Assembly (NCBI GenBank): GCA_024346625.1
Contig: AP024667.1
Location: 434,001-498,000 of the forward strand
Length of the DNA: 64,000 nt
Reading direction: 5' to 3'
Source: Williopsis jadinii
Lineage: Eukaryota
The position numbers were made by a program, and so were the translations under genes. A model generated the notes under the pieces. The model had not been told where the DNA came from, searched no databases, and saw nothing but the letters and a program-made list of their open reading frames with translations. Positions 61,184 through 64,000 of this stretch are shown here, piece after piece. How positions within the stretch are numbered: the first letter of the stretch is position 1; each line of letters opens with the position of its first letter.

Positions 61184-64000
61184 ATGTCCGTTTCCCGTGG
61201 GCAGACACCCGGTGTTAAAAGGAAGAGGACCGTCACTTCGTGCTCGCAATGTCGCAAGAAGAAGGTCAAGGTACGTATCTGATCAACGCCTCGGCACTTG
61301 ATGTTGTCTCTACGATGTTGGCGGATGAGATCACTAACAGGCATTGCTCGGTATACAGTGCGATAAGGGAAGACCACAGTGCGATGTGTGTCTGAAGTCA
61401 GGTAATGGCGACCTGTGCCAATACCAGGAGCCGTCGTGGGAACAAGAGACGACGCTGTTCAGCACGAACTATACCACAGCTGCATCTGTCCCAATGGCCC
61501 ATATCCAGTTGAAGTCATACAGTAAGAAGCAGCAGTCAGATTCGAATGCCACTGCAGGCCCTTCAACAAGCTCGCAAGTGTTTAAGTTCCCAGTAGCATC
61601 GTCTGGTTCTTATGAACAAGCGCAGAATCAGCAACTGAAGCAAGAAGCACAGCAACGGAACAAGCAAACACAGCTACGGGACGAAGAAGCACAGCTACGG
61701 GACCAGCAGACACAGTATCGTCGCCAGGTACAATTACCGCCAAGCACAAATGTGCTATTCCGAGATCAAACCACACAGGGAGGCCGTCTAGAGCTTCCAC
61801 CTCTGGATCAGCATCGGACATCGATGTATCGATTGAACCAGCCAATACAGGGTGTACCACATAGTACAATCCCATTACCTCGTCATGTCGAATACGCAGA
61901 ATCAAATCTACGCACAAGGGACACAACTTCTGTTCACACAGTCACGTCTAACACGTGTGATGTGGATAATCATAGCAGGCTACCGTTACCCAGACAACAA
62001 TCGAACGATGAGCTGACGATAACTTTCTTCGAATTGGATGAGCCAATACATATGAGGGCTGGACGGCTGGTTGCAGTAGGGCCTTTATCCCTTGGTGCTG
62101 TAATTAGAAGTGATCCCTATGTGAGGATGACCCTTCTGAAAGCTAGAAGAGAAAGAAACGAGAATCAGGGTCCAACAGCGAATCGATTAGATAAGAAGGA
62201 ACTGGTTAAACAGATCTTGCTGGATAAAGGCAATAAGAACCCTACGGTGGAAGAGGCTTTCCAAACCAGACTGCTAGAAAATGAGACATTGGACGAGGTG
62301 AAAGGTGCCACACAGAGAGTTGATACACAGCTGTTTGGAACAACTCGTGCTGATTATGAAGCTGATACAATCGATAGAATCGAAAAGGCATTGCCCACAC
62401 AAAGGCTGATGTGGCTTCTAGTCGATAAGTTCTTCAAGGGGTCTATTTCTGTTTTTATGCCATTTTTGACCGAAGTGTTCTTCAGAGAAAGAATACAAGA
62501 ACTACTGGGTGCACGTTCTGATGAGTGTGTTAGGTTTCCAAAGATAAAGATCACTAGAAGGTTCGATTTTGCCTATGTTGGTATGCTCTTCCTCATCATG
62601 AGGTTGACATTTCTCGGTATAAGTAAGACGGACCACAACACTGAAGAGGAACAGTACATATTAGACAATCCTATTGGACCACATGCCACCAATATCGCAC
62701 AGATGTGTCTTAATCAGTTCAGATTGTTGAGACGTGGTGCCATTCCTGTTATCCAATGCTCTCTCCTAATGCGTATGTACCATAAGTACGCTCCTGAAGA
62801 AGGTGATGGTAGTGTTGGTGGTGACTCTGAGGTGTTTCTCGGTATGCTGTTACAAATGGCAAATTCCATTGGTATGAACAGAGACCTTTCACAGTCGCCC
62901 CAGTTGGCGAAATTCCACAAGCTGAAGAATATTTGGAGGTTCATATGGCATGAGATTGTATCCTTGGACTTGGATCAAGCATTGATGAAAGGAAATCCCC
63001 TGCTCGTTGATGAAAATAGCTTTGATACAATGTTACCGAGCCTGAAGCATGAAGAGTCAAACTTTCAAGATTATCAACTGTTGGAGTGTGCTGTGAATAA
63101 CTTCCAAATCACCGATGAGATCAATCAAATGGTTAGGAATTTCCTGAGGGATATCTTGAACATTAAACGTCCAGTGAGAGTGTCTGAGCTCTTGTTGAAG
63201 ACATCTAAATTGGAGATTTATCTTGATACGAACTTCCAATCTTTAGAGGCAGTCTTGAATTTACCCATTGGCTCAGTAAGCCAATCTACGGTTAAGATCC
63301 ACAAGTTTAAACATTATGTTGAACTGAAGACCTCTCTATACATGATTTATTTCCAAATATTTTGCAAATCCCCAACAGTGAACTATCCTCTTCTACATAA
63401 GATGTTCAGCATCTGTCTTGAAATGATTCCTTTGTCATACATGCTATTGACAATTAACAATGGCAGAACCAATTACTTTGAAGAAATCTTTGGACCCAAT
63501 GCACAGTTGATTCTGGTTCCAAGCATCTTTGCTCCGTTGCACAAGCTCTCAAATTTACTGGTTGCGTTCATTCTGAGGGCACTGGACAGTAAGTACAACC
63601 ATCCACCCTCTGAGAAAGCGCAGATCATTTCTGGAATATTGGACAAGCTAATGGACCACTACTCATTAGTTCGTGATGGGTTTGCATCTTTGAGTTCTTT
63701 CTACTACCATGCTTGGCGCAACTGTAAGAACTTTGATTTCCTTTATGACCTCTTGAAGGACGATTCTAACAGTATCATGGATAAAAATGCGCCTGTCAAT
63801 AAAGACACGGCTACGCTTCCTGATGAAATCAACCATTTCAAGATCTTTCCCGAGAGAAATGAGCTGTACGAGATGACGCAATGGCAATTGACCCAGCTAT
63901 CGGAACTTATCACGTCCAAGGGATTCGAAGATCCGATTTTGAAGAAGTTGAACACCAGTTCCAAGTACAAGACCCGTGGTAGCGGTGGAATCCGTGTTAA
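61184..64000 (+). CDS. Zn(II)2Cys6 transcription factor with a fungal middle-homology region (Mrr1/Yrr1-like). Exon 1 is 61184-61270; exon 2 starts at 61359 and runs off the window end
   Basis: Not in the ORF track. Intron 61271-61358 (GTACGT..CACTAAC..CAG) restores CSQCRKKKVK|CDKGRPQCDVCLKSGNGDLC. Also GPLS..AVIRSDP and A.SIGMNRD...IWRFIW. The frame is still open at 64000. Confidence 0.9.

Overview
This is gene-dense nuclear DNA from a budding yeast (Saccharomycotina). CTG appears to encode Leu (e.g. NPT1 [11 protein letters not shown], written cca ctg ctg), so it is not a CUG-Ser clade species. Short, relatively frequent introns with variable splice signals and the gene order are consistent with a Phaffomycetaceae yeast such as Cyberlindnera, but this is inference. 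I support 37 protein-coding genes, two truncated by the window edges (SCD5 and a Zn2Cys6 factor). Almost all are housekeeping orthologues, and 8 spliceosomal introns were reconstructed by hand in 6 genes. I saw no tRNA, rRNA, transposon or CRISPR features and no wholly new multi-gene system. The best leads are: (1) a hidden 77-aa, three-exon LYRM2-like gene missed by the ORF track; (2) a probable UUG-initiated mitochondrial presequence upstream of DUS1; (3) a divergent candidate Spc29 orthologue; (4) very heterogeneous splice donors; (5) a Pml39 whose second zinc module has lost its cysteines, plus an overlapping uORF; and (6) several promoter motif clusters and minisatellites. All gene names come from recalled family motifs and synteny, not from database searches.
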